From the NCBI GenBank assembly GCA_017440805.1, contig JAFSGN010000022.1, positions 280,298 to 344,297 on the forward strand: a DNA stretch of 64,000 nucleotides. Direction: 5' to 3'. This DNA comes from Clostridia bacterium (GTDB taxonomy: Bacteria; Bacillota; Clostridia; Oscillospirales; SIG627). The notes beneath the pieces are model-generated. The model made no database searches. It worked only from the letters and a program-made list of their open reading frames with translations, and was not told the DNA's origin. Shown here one piece after another: positions 47,995-59,415 of this stretch (position 1 is its first letter; the number at the start of each line of letters is the position of its first letter). A program made the translations under genes and the position numbers.

Positions 47995-49467
47995 ATGAAA
48001 TTGGGTAAACTCCTTAAACCACGCCAGAAAGAAAATTTGAAACTTGCTGTTATAGTAATTCTGTTTTTATCCATGCTGTTTCTTTTTTTCCGCTTTCTTG
48101 ACGAAAAAATGGGTTTGGGAAACAATCTGGGATTTAATTCAAAAAACACTCTCCCTGCCGACAAACTGTGGGTTTTAACGGGAGATTCCTTCCGTTCCTA
48201 CATGGCGGAAACCGAATCACCCTATATTTTTCCAACCTCGATTACATTCAGAAACAACGAAAAAACCTACTCGGCACTAAAGCAGAAGAGCACAATTGTT
48301 GCACTGTACAATGACTTTACTCCTTACATTTCGCAAATTCTGGGGCCTTACTATATCGCAAAACAAGTTGATTACAATGAATACACATCTGTCGTAACCG
48401 ATTTGAGCAGTGATTACACACTTTTCACATACGACACCGATATTCCTGCCTATGTACTCCGTATTTATTGCGATCGTCTGTCAGGCGGGTTTTATGAGGG
48501 TGAGGCGTGCAATATTAAAAAAATTCTTATTTTTCTCGGAAAAAACAATAAACCTTACGCCTACACTGTTGACTCAAACAACGGCACAATGCTTTTTTCA
48601 CCTTTGGAAAGTTATCTGGATAAAATCCCCGACTATACCGTAACAGATGGTGCTGTCATGTCATATAATAGCAATAAAGTTCTTGTGCCCTCGCAAATGT
48701 CTTTTGAATCTGAATATTTTTCAGATTTACAACATGAAATTGCCCCGGATATCGTACTTACTCACAATATGCAATTTTACGAGACCGGTATAATAAATTC
48801 GCTGAATTTTATTGGAAATTTATCACAGGAAGAGGATATTTTCAAAAACGATAAAATTATTTCAATTTTAAAGAGTTTTGAAATTAATACAAGCCTTGTC
48901 CGTCAATACACGGAAGATAATGTAATCAACTTTATTGAAAACAACGCCGTGTTAAAACTTTCAAAAGACGGATATATCACTTACAGCGGTGAGAACGGCG
49001 GTATTCCCCTTTCAAGAATACTCAACAGTTACTCTGACACTTTTTCTTTTACCGACAAACTCAATGCCGCTACAACTCTGATGAACAATTTCAGTAAAGA
49101 TATAATTTGCGGAAGCGGAAACCTGATGCTTTCTGCTATTAATTACCAAAAGGACACCGATATACTGAATTTTGAATTTACTTACACTTTTGACTCGGTT
49201 CCGTTTCCGGAACTGGATAAAATCCGGCTCAGTATAGGAAAGAATTCCATTTTCAGTGCCAGAATACCAACCTATAGTCTGTACCGTTATTCCACGAGAA
49301 AATCACAGACTATCTCTCCCGAAATTTCTCACAGTATTACAAATATTTCAGATAATACATTTATCAGCGACTACAAACCTGCGTATATCCTTTCAAGCAA
49401 GGGAAACACTGCTACTGTTTCGTGGATTGCAGTATCTTCTGCTGATTCAGAGGCTAATCCCGGTTAA
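47995..49467 (+). CDS. YycH/WalH-like single-TM extracellular regulator
   Basis: E..K..VIV.L..S N-terminal anchor plus large extracellular domain, directly after the kinase. Confidence 0.55.
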   Translation: MKLGKLLKPRQKENLKLAVIVILFLSMLFLFFRFLDEKMGLGNNLGFNSKNTLPADKLWVLTGDSFRSYMAETESPYIFPTSITFRNNEKTYSALKQKSTIVALYNDFTPYISQILGPYYIAKQVDYNEYTSVVTDLSSDYTLFTYDTDIPAYVLRIYCDRLSGGFYEGEACNIKKILIFLGKNNKPYAYTVDSNNGTMLFSPLESYLDKIPDYTVTDGAVMSYNSNKVLVPSQMSFESEYFSDLQHEIAPDIVLTHNMQFYETGIINSLNFIGNLSQEEDIFKNDKIISILKSFEINTSLVRQYTEDNVINFIENNAVLKLSKDGYITYSGENGGIPLSRILNSYSDTFSFTDKLNAATTLMNNFSKDIICGSGNLMLSAINYQKDTDILNFEFTYTFDSVPFPELDKIRLSIGKNSIFSARIPTYSLYRYSTRKSQTISPEISHSITNISDNTFISDYKPAYILSSKGNTATVSWIAVSSADSEANPG

Positions 49468-49499
49468 CAGAATTGCACAGGAAAGGAAAACTCAAGAAA

Positions 49500-50372
49500 A
49501 TGAATAGTTCAAGTATAAAAAACTTTTTGATTGTTCTGCTTGTTGCTGTCAATCTGTATTTACTTTTCAGTTTAACCGGTGCCAATCCTTCAAATCATGA
49601 ATTATCATCGGAATCACTTGAAAATTATGAAGATGCCCTGAAAAGCAAGGGGATTTATGTTGAGGCAGAACAAATACCCTCGGAAAAATATTTCAACTCC
49701 ATTATTGCCGTAAACTGCTCCGTACAAAACCGATTGTCTGCCGCAAAACAGTACCTGGGCAATATTTTGGCGGAATACAGTCTTCCCAACGGCATAACAT
49801 TCCAGTCAGAAGACGCATATATCAGTTTCTTTGATGACGGAAAATTTGAATACGGTCTTTCAAAACATTATGATTCCTCAACTTTCTCATGGAACAGCCC
49901 CGCTGCATCTTCCTTTTCCCCTATCACAAAAGAAAACAGAAAAATCATTGAAAGGACTTTTTCTCAACTTATTTCCTATTCAAACAATTACAACAAGTTT
50001 TCTTTCAGGGAACTAGGACAGACTGAAAATGATGACTGCGTTACAATATATGTTGAACTTCTGACATATGGTCTTCCTGTTCATGACGGTCTTATTACTT
50101 TTATAATTCAGGACAGCAAACCGGTGTATATATTTGGTAAATATCTATTTGATTCGTTTAACGAGGAATTTACCGGTGAATATATAGACGCTCCCAGCGC
50201 TCTTTTTCTTGTCGAAAACGCCATATCGGTGGAAGACATCCATATGATTTACTACCCGGTAATGACAGACTCCGATAACTATTTTTTAATACCGTCATGG
50301 AAAATAATATCTTCCGATGGCAGTTCTTTTATCTTTGACGGAGTAAGCGGATACAAAAGAACACAATATTAA
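49500..50372 (+). CDS. YycI/WalI-like regulator
   Basis: M..S.IK..LI..L..VN..L N-terminus and C-terminal IPSW.I......FDG. Follows the yycH-like gene. Confidence 0.65.
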   Translation: MNSSSIKNFLIVLLVAVNLYLLFSLTGANPSNHELSSESLENYEDALKSKGIYVEAEQIPSEKYFNSIIAVNCSVQNRLSAAKQYLGNILAEYSLPNGITFQSEDAYISFFDDGKFEYGLSKHYDSSTFSWNSPAASSFSPITKENRKIIERTFSQLISYSNNYNKFSFRELGQTENDDCVTIYVELLTYGLPVHDGLITFIIQDSKPVYIFGKYLFDSFNEEFTGEYIDAPSALFLVENAISVEDIHMIYYPVMTDSDNYFLIPSWKIISSDGSSFIFDGVSGYKRTQY

Positions 50373-50463
50373 CAATTTCTAATTACTTTATTTATTACCT
50401 GTTTTAATTATTCATATATAATTATTCAGATATGCTATTGAAAGGAAGGGTCCTAACCAACAC

Positions 50464-51735
50464 ATGGATAAATATGTTATAAACGGCGGCCGCCCACTTA
50501 ACGGTGAAATTCATGTTTCCGGTATGAAAAATGCTGCTGTTCCCATAATTCTTTCCAGCATCTTGGTAGAGGGAAAAGTTACCATTGAAAATGTTCCCGA
50601 TATAAGTGATGTTAGAATTTCTCTTGAAATACTTGAGGCAATGGGTGCCATTGTCAACTATATAGATAAAAATACCGTCGAAATAGATACTACCGATATC
50701 AATCCCGAACTGACCCCTCAGCATCTGGTAGGAAAAATGCGTGCCTCCTATTATCTGATAGGTGCTGAACTTGCGCGTTTCGGCAGAGCAACTGTTGACT
50801 GCCCCGGCGGATGTGATTTCGGTTCACGCCCCATCGACCAGCATATAAAAGGTTTTGATGCCCTTGGTGCAGATGTTGTAACCGTTAACGGAAAACATAT
50901 TGACGCGTCTACAGACCCCGAAAAAGGCCTGGTCGGCACTTCTGTGTATATGGATGTGGTTTCGGTAGGTGCTACAATAAACATAATGATTGCGGCAGTC
51001 AAAGCCAAAGGCACAACAATTATAGAAAATGCTGCCCACGAGCCACACATTGTTGACACCGCAAACTTTCTCAACACATGCGGTGCACGGATAAGCGGTG
51101 CAGGAACCGATGTGATAAAAATACACGGTGTGGACTCCCTTACAGGAACTACCTACGCTATTATTCCTGATATGATAGAAGCAGGAACTTATATGGTTCT
51201 TGCTGCAGCAACCGAAGGAAAATTGAAAATTTCAAATGTTATTCCCAAACATCTTGAATCTATTTCAGCAAAACTTGTAGAAATGGGTGCAATTATTGAG
51301 GAAGAAGACGAATCGGTTACTGTTTACCGTGACGCCCCTTTGAGTAATGTAAGTGTTAAAACATTGCCCTATCCCGGTTTTCCTACTGACATGAATCCAC
51401 AGATATGCGTACTTTCATGTCTTGCAAACGGTAAATCCACCATTACAGAAGGTGTCTGGGACAGCCGTTTCAGATATGTAGAAGAACTCAAACGAATGGG
51501 TGCTTCCATAAATGTTGAAAAAAGCACTGCCGAAGTCACAGGTGTGGAAAGTCTTACCCCTGCCAAAGTCCGTGCCGTAGATTTGCGTGCCGGTGCCGCA
51601 ATGGTAATTGCTGCTCTTGCTGCTGACGGAAAAAGCGAAATTGAAGAAATATATCACATTGAACGCGGATATGAGAATATAATAGAGAAACTCCGACTTG
51701 TTGGTGCGGATATAACAAAAGTAACAGAAGAATAA
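50464..51735 (+). CDS. murA: UDP-N-acetylglucosamine 1-carboxyvinyltransferase
   Basis: G.KNA, MRASYY, PGGC.FG.RPID.H, SVGAT.N, PD.IEAGT, PGFPTD, DLRAGA, RGYE. Confidence 0.96.
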   Translation: MDKYVINGGRPLNGEIHVSGMKNAAVPIILSSILVEGKVTIENVPDISDVRISLEILEAMGAIVNYIDKNTVEIDTTDINPELTPQHLVGKMRASYYLIGAELARFGRATVDCPGGCDFGSRPIDQHIKGFDALGADVVTVNGKHIDASTDPEKGLVGTSVYMDVVSVGATINIMIAAVKAKGTTIIENAAHEPHIVDTANFLNTCGARISGAGTDVIKIHGVDSLTGTTYAIIPDMIEAGTYMVLAAATEGKLKISNVIPKHLESISAKLVEMGAIIEEEDESVTVYRDAPLSNVSVKTLPYPGFPTDMNPQICVLSCLANGKSTITEGVWDSRFRYVEELKRMGASINVEKSTAEVTGVESLTPAKVRAVDLRAGAAMVIAALAADGKSEIEEIYHIERGYENIIEKLRLVGADITKVTEE

Positions 51736-51743
51736 AAGATATT

Positions 51744-51780
51744 ACAGCCTTTGCAAAATAATACTTTGCAGAGGCTGTTT
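51744..51780 (+). terminator. Terminator after murA
   Basis: ACAGCCTTTGCAAA / TTTGCAGAGGCTGT stem followed by TT. Confidence 0.7.
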
Positions 51781-51845
51781 AGTTATCAAAAAAAGGATTA
51801 AGCAAGAAAATTTTCATTTCTTTTAAAAAAATACAAAAATAGTTC

Positions 51846-51874
51846 TTTACAATATTAAAATTTTAGTATATAAT
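51846..51874 (+). promoter_or_regulatory. sigA promoter of prfB
   Basis: TTTACA-N17-TATAAT. Confidence 0.55.
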
Positions 51875-51912
51875 ATATATGGAGATAATTATTTACTTTT
51901 AAGGAGAAACCA

Positions 51913-53022
51913 TTGATACTCATATTAGAACAGTCCAAGCAGACACTTGATGAACTCAGTGACAAAATTGATGAATTGGGTGTTTCGTTGGATATTGAAA
52001 ATTTAAAATTAAAAATTGAAGAACTGGAATCGGCTGTGCAATCAGAGGGATTCTGGGATGACCCGCAAAATTCCCAGAAAACTCTTGTTGAATTAAAAAT
52101 TCAAAAAGACAAATACGAAAGTTTTATAAATCTTAAAACTCTTTACAATGACACTTGCGAACTTCTCCAACTTGCATCTGAAGACGATGACGAGTCTATG
52201 ACCGAAGATATCCTGTCAGACATCAAACTTATCAAAAAAAGTTATGAAGACCAGAGGACACAGATACTTCTTTCCGGAGAGTACGACCGCAACAACGCCA
52301 TTATTGCCATACATCCCGGTGCAGGAGGTACTGAGGCTCAGGACTGGGCACAGATGCTTTATCGTATGTACTCACGGTGGGCTGAAAAAAGAGGCTTTAA
52401 GGTCAAAGTTCTTGACTATCTTGACGGTGACGAAGCAGGTATTAAAAGTGTAACATTCCTTGTGGAAGGGTTGTATGCATACGGGTATGCCAAAAGCGAG
52501 AGCGGTGTTCACAGACTTGTAAGAGTTTCACCCTTTGATTCATCGGGAAGACGCCATACATCTTTTGCTTCGGTTGAGGTTGCACCCGAGTTCAACGATG
52601 AAATAAAAATTGAAATCAAAGAAGAAGAAATCAAGGTTGAAGCACATCGTGCCAGTGGTGCAGGCGGTCAGCATGTAAATAAAACCGACTCGGCAATTCG
52701 AATTACCCATATTCCCACGGGAATCGTCGTAGGTTGCCAGAACGAACGCAGTCAGGTTCAAAACCGTGAAGTTGCCCTGAAGATGCTCAAAAGTAAACTT
52801 CTCGAAATAAAAGAGCGTGAACATCTCGAAAAAATTGAAGATATAAAGGGCATTAAAAATAATATTGAATGGGGTTCTCAAATCCGTTCATATGTATTTA
52901 TGCCTTATACCCTTGTAAAAGACAATCGCACAAATTACGAAGTGGGTGACATTTCATCCGTTATGGACGGAGAACTTGATGACTTTATGAATGCGTTTCT
53001 TAAATCAAAAGCCCAATCATAA
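51913..53022 (+). CDS. prfB: Peptide chain release factor 2 (single continuous frame)
   Basis: GAGGTEAQDW, SPF specificity motif, GGQ, WGSQIRSY. SD AAGGAG with TTG start. Confidence 0.97.
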   Translation: MILILEQSKQTLDELSDKIDELGVSLDIENLKLKIEELESAVQSEGFWDDPQNSQKTLVELKIQKDKYESFINLKTLYNDTCELLQLASEDDDESMTEDILSDIKLIKKSYEDQRTQILLSGEYDRNNAIIAIHPGAGGTEAQDWAQMLYRMYSRWAEKRGFKVKVLDYLDGDEAGIKSVTFLVEGLYAYGYAKSESGVHRLVRVSPFDSSGRRHTSFASVEVAPEFNDEIKIEIKEEEIKVEAHRASGAGGQHVNKTDSAIRITHIPTGIVVGCQNERSQVQNREVALKMLKSKLLEIKEREHLEKIEDIKGIKNNIEWGSQIRSYVFMPYTLVKDNRTNYEVGDISSVMDGELDDFMNAFLKSKAQS

Positions 53023-53047
53023 AATTATACAATAAAGGAGATTTATT

Positions 53048-53398
53048 ATGCGTAAACCAAATCTTATCATCGGAATAACACTTGTAGTTCAGTCAATCAC
53101 CATGTTTATCCTTTTCATTTCTTTCTTGAGCAAAAATAAAAAGCAACTTGCAGGAACTTTTCTTACCGTCGGTATTGTAGGCGGTCTTGTTGGCGGATGG
53201 ATGCTTTATCTTGAATATGTTGAAAACGAAAAACAGCGTCATATAGACAAAATGGATGCTTGTTTTGATTGCGAAGACGACTGTTCTGATTGCTGCTTTA
53301 CAGACGGATTTGACGGTCTGGATTTTGAAGATGACGAAGTAAGTTATACTATTCAGGAAAACGAAGACGCTCCCGAAGAAGATACCGAAAACAACTGA
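53048..53398 (+). CDS. Small two-TM membrane protein with a Cys-rich acidic tail
   Basis: SD AAGGAG, two hydrophobic segments, CFDCEDDCSDCC followed by a D/E-rich tail. Confidence 0.75.
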   Translation: MRKPNLIIGITLVVQSITMFILFISFLSKNKKQLAGTFLTVGIVGGLVGGWMLYLEYVENEKQRHIDKMDACFDCEDDCSDCCFTDGFDGLDFEDDEVSYTIQENEDAPEEDTENN

Positions 53399-53427
53399 TT
53401 CATTACACACAATTCTAAATAAAAACT

Positions 53428-53480
53428 TATATAGCATAATTAGTCTCTGTTTAACAGCAATTAATTATGCTATATATTTT
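53428..53480 (+). terminator. Long AT-rich hairpin, probable terminator
   Basis: TATATAGCATAATTA ... TAATTATGCTATATA (15 bp) with inner CTGTT/AACAG, followed by TATTTT. Confidence 0.6.
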
Positions 53481-53501
53481 ACCGGGAAGTGAAAGTGTTT
53501 T

Positions 53502-54827
53502 ATGAGTATCGCTTTATATAATTCTCATTTTTCAGAAAAGGCAAAGTGGATTTGCAAAGAAGAAGTGGGGTATCTTACATTAAAAGTATTTTCCCCAAAA
53601 AACAGAAACTTGAAATTGCCTTTGGCGAACACATTATTGACGGTAAAGTACGCCAGAAAATTGACAACCGGAATTTCAGTGTGGAAGTCATAGTAAAAAG
53701 CGGAGAGAATCAGTACACCAATTATTTCAGGCGTTTAGGCCTGAGATATATAGAAATTCATTCCGATGAAGAACTTGAAATAGAATTTATTTCCCTTTTA
53801 CCATGTCAGTATCCGCTGAATAAAATTTCTGCGGATTTTCCGGACCCTATCGACCAAAAAATATATGACACCTCGCTAAGAACATTGGAATTATGTATGC
53901 ACGACCACTACGAAGACTGTCCCTGGCGTGAACAGGCGCTTTATACCATGGACAGCGGAAATCAGATTTTATGCGGTTATTATGCCTTCAAAGAGTTTCG
54001 ATTTTCCCGTTCTGTATTGTATTTAATGAGTCAGGACAACAGGAAAGACCGCCTTTTATCTATTTGTTTTCCCACTTCAATTGACCTTACTATTCCGTCA
54101 TTTTCTTTTTTCTACTTTTTAGAAGTTTATGAATACACCGTATACTCCGGTGACATCACCTTATTCAAATCAATTCTGCCTAAAATGGAATCTATAATTT
54201 CTGCCTTTTTAGAACGCAGAGTTGACGGACTTATTCAGAATTTTACAGACAAACATCACTGGAATTTTTATGAATGGGTGGATGGCTTGAACGGCAATCT
54301 GGGAAGTGAGTCAGCACCGACAGCAGATGCCGCTTTAAACTGTTTATGTTCTCTCGCTCTTTCCTGCTTAGACAAATTATACAGTCTTTCGGGATTAAAA
54401 AGCGATTACCAAAAAATTGCAAACGAGATGAATGCAGAAATAAGTTTTTCAGCAAAACGGCGGATTTTATATCAACAACGCCAACAATAATAAACTGTAC
54501 GAATTAGTAAACGCCCTTGCAGTACTGTGCGGTGCATCTACAGGAGACGAGGTAAAACATATATGCGACCGCCTTGCCGACGGTGATTTTATAAAATCAT
54601 CCTTAAGTATGATTTGTTTCAAATATGATGCACTTTTAAAAACGGATAAAGAGAAATATAAAAAGTATATTCTTGACGATATACGCAAAAAATACAAAAA
54701 AATGCTGGGCCAGGGTGCTACATCATTCTGGGAAACCGAGAATGGTGCAAACGATTTTGACAACGCCGGAAGTTTATGTCACGGCTGGAGTTCAATGCCG
54801 ATATACTACTATAATATACTGTTATGA
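53502..54827 (+). pseudogene. Disrupted GH78 alpha-L-rhamnosidase-like gene
   Basis: EDCPWREQ, R.G.RY, GATSFWE, SLCHGWS motifs are spread over different frames. Frameshifts at the A6 run 53597-53602 and near 54442. N-terminal region appears deleted. Confidence 0.8.
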
Positions 54828-54864
54828 TATTCCTGCCATGTTCTCAAAAGTTAATATAATAATA

Positions 54865-54893
54865 TTGAAATTGTACCCAATCTATGCTATACT
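54865..54893 (+). promoter_or_regulatory. sigA promoter of the ligA-proC operon
   Basis: TTGAAA-N17-TATACT with extended TG. Confidence 0.6.
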
Positions 54894-54895
54894 GA

Positions 54896-56899
<2,004 letters not shown>

Positions 56900-56902
56900 C
56901 AG

Positions 56903-57712
56903 ATGTTAGGATTTATTGGCGTGGGAAATATGGCATCCGCCATTATTACGGGTATTTTAAATAAAGGATTATATTCAGAAAAAGATATTAAAATATATGA
57001 CAAGGATACCGACAAATACAAAAAGTTTAATTTGACACCTTCGGAGAGTATAAAAGATTTGTGTATCGAAAGCGACATGATTTTCCTCTGTGTAAAGCCT
57101 CAAATATACACCGATGTACTTGAGGAAATATCTTGTTCCGTTCCGAAAGAACTTATTGAAAAAAAGGTTTTTATTTCAATTGCGGCAGGTATATCAACTT
57201 CATTTATATGCAGAAAACTTTCGGTAAAAACCGCGGTAATTCGAGTAATGCCCAATACTCCCCTGCTTATAGGTGAAGGAGCAAGTGCAATTTGCAAAAA
57301 TGAATTTGCAAATGACGACACTTTTTCAAATGTTGCGGATATTTTTTCTTCACTTGGCGTATGCAAAAAACTTGAAGAAGATACGATGAACAAAATAATT
57401 GCCGTAAACGGTTCTTCTCCCGCTTATGTGTACCTGTTGGCAAAAGCAATGTGCAACGGTGCACTGGCGCAGGGAATTCAGGATGACATACTTCCTTTGA
57501 TTATACAGACAATAATCGGCTCGGCAAAAATGATGGAACAAAGTTCACTTACACCCGACCAACTCATTAAAATGGTAGCATCTCCCAACGGTACAACTCT
57601 TGCTGCTCTGCAGAGTTTTGAAGACGATGATTTTTGCGGTATTGTAGCCCGTGCAATGCAACAATGTACAAATCGTGCAGAGGAAATTGCCGAGGAGATA
57701 GAAAACAACTGA
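56903..57712 (+). CDS. proC: Pyrroline-5-carboxylate reductase
   Basis: GFIG.GNM, VKPQ, SIAAG, RVMPN.P, GSSPAY, V.SP.GTT. Confidence 0.95.
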   Translation: MLGFIGVGNMASAIITGILNKGLYSEKDIKIYDKDTDKYKKFNLTPSESIKDLCIESDMIFLCVKPQIYTDVLEEISCSVPKELIEKKVFISIAAGISTSFICRKLSVKTAVIRVMPNTPLLIGEGASAICKNEFANDDTFSNVADIFSSLGVCKKLEEDTMNKIIAVNGSSPAYVYLLAKAMCNGALAQGIQDDILPLIIQTIIGSAKMMEQSSLTPDQLIKMVASPNGTTLAALQSFEDDDFCGIVARAMQQCTNRAEEIAEEIENN

Positions 57713-57717
57713 TTTTT

Positions 57718-57765
57718 GAATACATAACATCACACTGACATATTATTGAATGGGTGATGATATGT
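57718..57765 (+). promoter_or_regulatory. Putative sigE promoter with SD/start-sequestering hairpin
   Basis: GAATA-N16-CATATTAT (57718-57746). Spacer ACATAACATCAC pairs 11 of 12 with GTGATGATATGT (57754-57765). Confidence 0.6.
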
Positions 57766-58315
57766 GCGTAAAAATGAAACTTTAAATACTCTTAAACTGT
57801 ACCGTGTTTCTTTTGGTATAAATTTCTTACTATTTTTATTTTTTGGATTGTTCTCGTTATTTTTCCCTTCAAATTTTAGTTTTTTGAATTATATTCTGCG
57901 TGTTTGTGATACCGGCGGAGATTTTTTACCAAGTCTTTTAAAATTCTGGGCGGAAAATCTTTTACCAGTCTGCGTTGCGTTTCTTTTGGGGCTTACCATT
58001 TATGAACCGATATTTTCCGCTTTATTCAGCAGTGTTTTAGGCATTATTTATTCACTGGATATTTACACACTGCTTTCAGATTACAAACTCTTTTTCGCAA
58101 TTACAATGATATTCATAAAACTGTGTACCAACTGGATATATTTATGGTATCTCTCTTACGTTTCAAGTGTTTCTGTAACTGTTTATACAGGTACTGTTCC
58201 CCTGACAAAAAAACTGGATTACATTTTTATGGCAAAGTACATTGTGTGGTTTAGTATGTTTGCATGTTTATTGCTTTTATTATGCATTGCACAATGTATA
58301 ATGTTCAGAATATAA
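57764..58315 (+). CDS. Multi-pass membrane protein, SpoIIM-like
   Basis: About 5 TMs. FLLGLTIYEPIF......LG resembles the SpoIIM G(l/f)t..g.P.......G segment. Good sigE promoter directly upstream. Confidence 0.55.
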   Translation: MRKNETLNTLKLYRVSFGINFLLFLFFGLFSLFFPSNFSFLNYILRVCDTGGDFLPSLLKFWAENLLPVCVAFLLGLTIYEPIFSALFSSVLGIIYSLDIYTLLSDYKLFFAITMIFIKLCTNWIYLWYLSYVSSVSVTVYTGTVPLTKKLDYIFMAKYIVWFSMFACLLLLLCIAQCIMFRI

Positions 58316-58343
58316 AAACAAGTAAAAAAAAAGAGGATATGAA

Positions 58344-59318
58344 ATGGCAAAATTTAAATTTTATGATTACACAAAACCCGGGAAAGGTGTTAAGAAGAGT
58401 TCGGTAAAACAGGATTTTTCACTGGCTAATTTTTTTAAAATTTATATACGGAAATTCTGGAAACTCTGCAGTCTTAATATTTTGTATTTTGTTTTTAACT
58501 TTCCCTTCTTCCTTTTCCTGTTAGGTCTTTCGGGAAATTTCAATATTGCGTTCAGTACACCCGCAGGACCAATGTATCAGCAAATACATTCAGTTCTGAT
58601 GCATACCGGGAACACGCCGGCATCCGCTTCTATTTTGGGATTTGAAAAATTCGGAAGACTTATGGAGTCTTCCTATCCCGGAACAGTATCAAATATACTT
58701 ATATGGTGCGGTTTACTGACTGTTCTCACTTTTGGTCTTGCAAACAGCGGAATTGCTTATATTCTTCGTAATTTTGCCCGTGAAGAACACGCATACATTT
58801 GGGAGGACTACAAATCAACCATAAAAAAGAATTTCTCTCAGGCAATGATTTTGGGAGTAATTGACATTCTGGTATCAGCAGTCATTTCGTATGATGTTGT
58901 TTTCTTCCGGTATAACACAGGAATAAATTTTATTACAGATGTTATGTTCTGGATTGCTCTGCTTTTAGGTCTGATATATTTTATAATGCGTTTTTATATG
59001 TATACCATTCTGGTTACTTTCAACCTGAGCATACCAAAAATTCTCAAGAACTCATTCATATTCACATTCCTTTGCGTAAAAAGAAATATTGTCGGTCTTA
59101 TCGGAATTGCGGCCGCTGTAGCACTTAATTACTTTATTCTTGCTTATTTCCCGCCTTTAGGTGCAATTATACCCTTTATGTTCACGGTTTCTTTAGTGAC
59201 CTTTATAGCCTCATATACAGCATATCCGGGAATTAAGAAATATATGATTGACCCTTACTACGCAGATAAAAATGAGCCGGAACAAGAAAACAACGATACT
59301 ATATTCAGCGACAATTAA
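58344..59318 (+). CDS. DUF624/YesL family membrane protein
   Basis: PGKGV.K, FWKL..LN, G.AY..RN..REE...W.DY....K.NF.Q, KNS..F. Confidence 0.75.
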   Translation: MAKFKFYDYTKPGKGVKKSSVKQDFSLANFFKIYIRKFWKLCSLNILYFVFNFPFFLFLLGLSGNFNIAFSTPAGPMYQQIHSVLMHTGNTPASASILGFEKFGRLMESSYPGTVSNILIWCGLLTVLTFGLANSGIAYILRNFAREEHAYIWEDYKSTIKKNFSQAMILGVIDILVSAVISYDVVFFRYNTGINFITDVMFWIALLLGLIYFIMRFYMYTILVTFNLSIPKILKNSFIFTFLCVKRNIVGLIGIAAAVALNYFILAYFPPLGAIIPFMFTVSLVTFIASYTAYPGIKKYMIDPYYADKNEPEQENNDTIFSDN

Positions 59319-59319
59319 G

Positions 59320-59359
59320 ACAACCCCTATGTTCTCTTGTCTGAGAACATAGGGGTTGT
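59320..59359. terminator. Hairpin 1 between convergent DUF624 and msmX genes
   Basis: Perfect 17-bp stem ACAACCCCTATGTTCTC-ttgtct-GAGAACATAGGGGTTGT. Confidence 0.75.
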
Positions 59360-59367
59360 TGTATAAC

Positions 59368-59400
59368 AAAAACTGACATTGCTTTCGCAATGTCAGTTTT
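59368..59400. terminator. Hairpin 2, bidirectional terminator
   Basis: AAAACTGACATTGC-tttc-GCAATGTCAGTTTT. Confidence 0.8.
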
Positions 59401-59415
59401 ATGTATGTTATAATA

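Noticed and set aside
50800-50850. Fosfomycin-resistant MurA variant
   Set aside because: Active-site Cys is present (PGGCDFG).
53597-53602. Phase variation at the A6 tract of the GH78 gene
   Set aside because: Tract is short and a second independent lesion keeps the gene broken.
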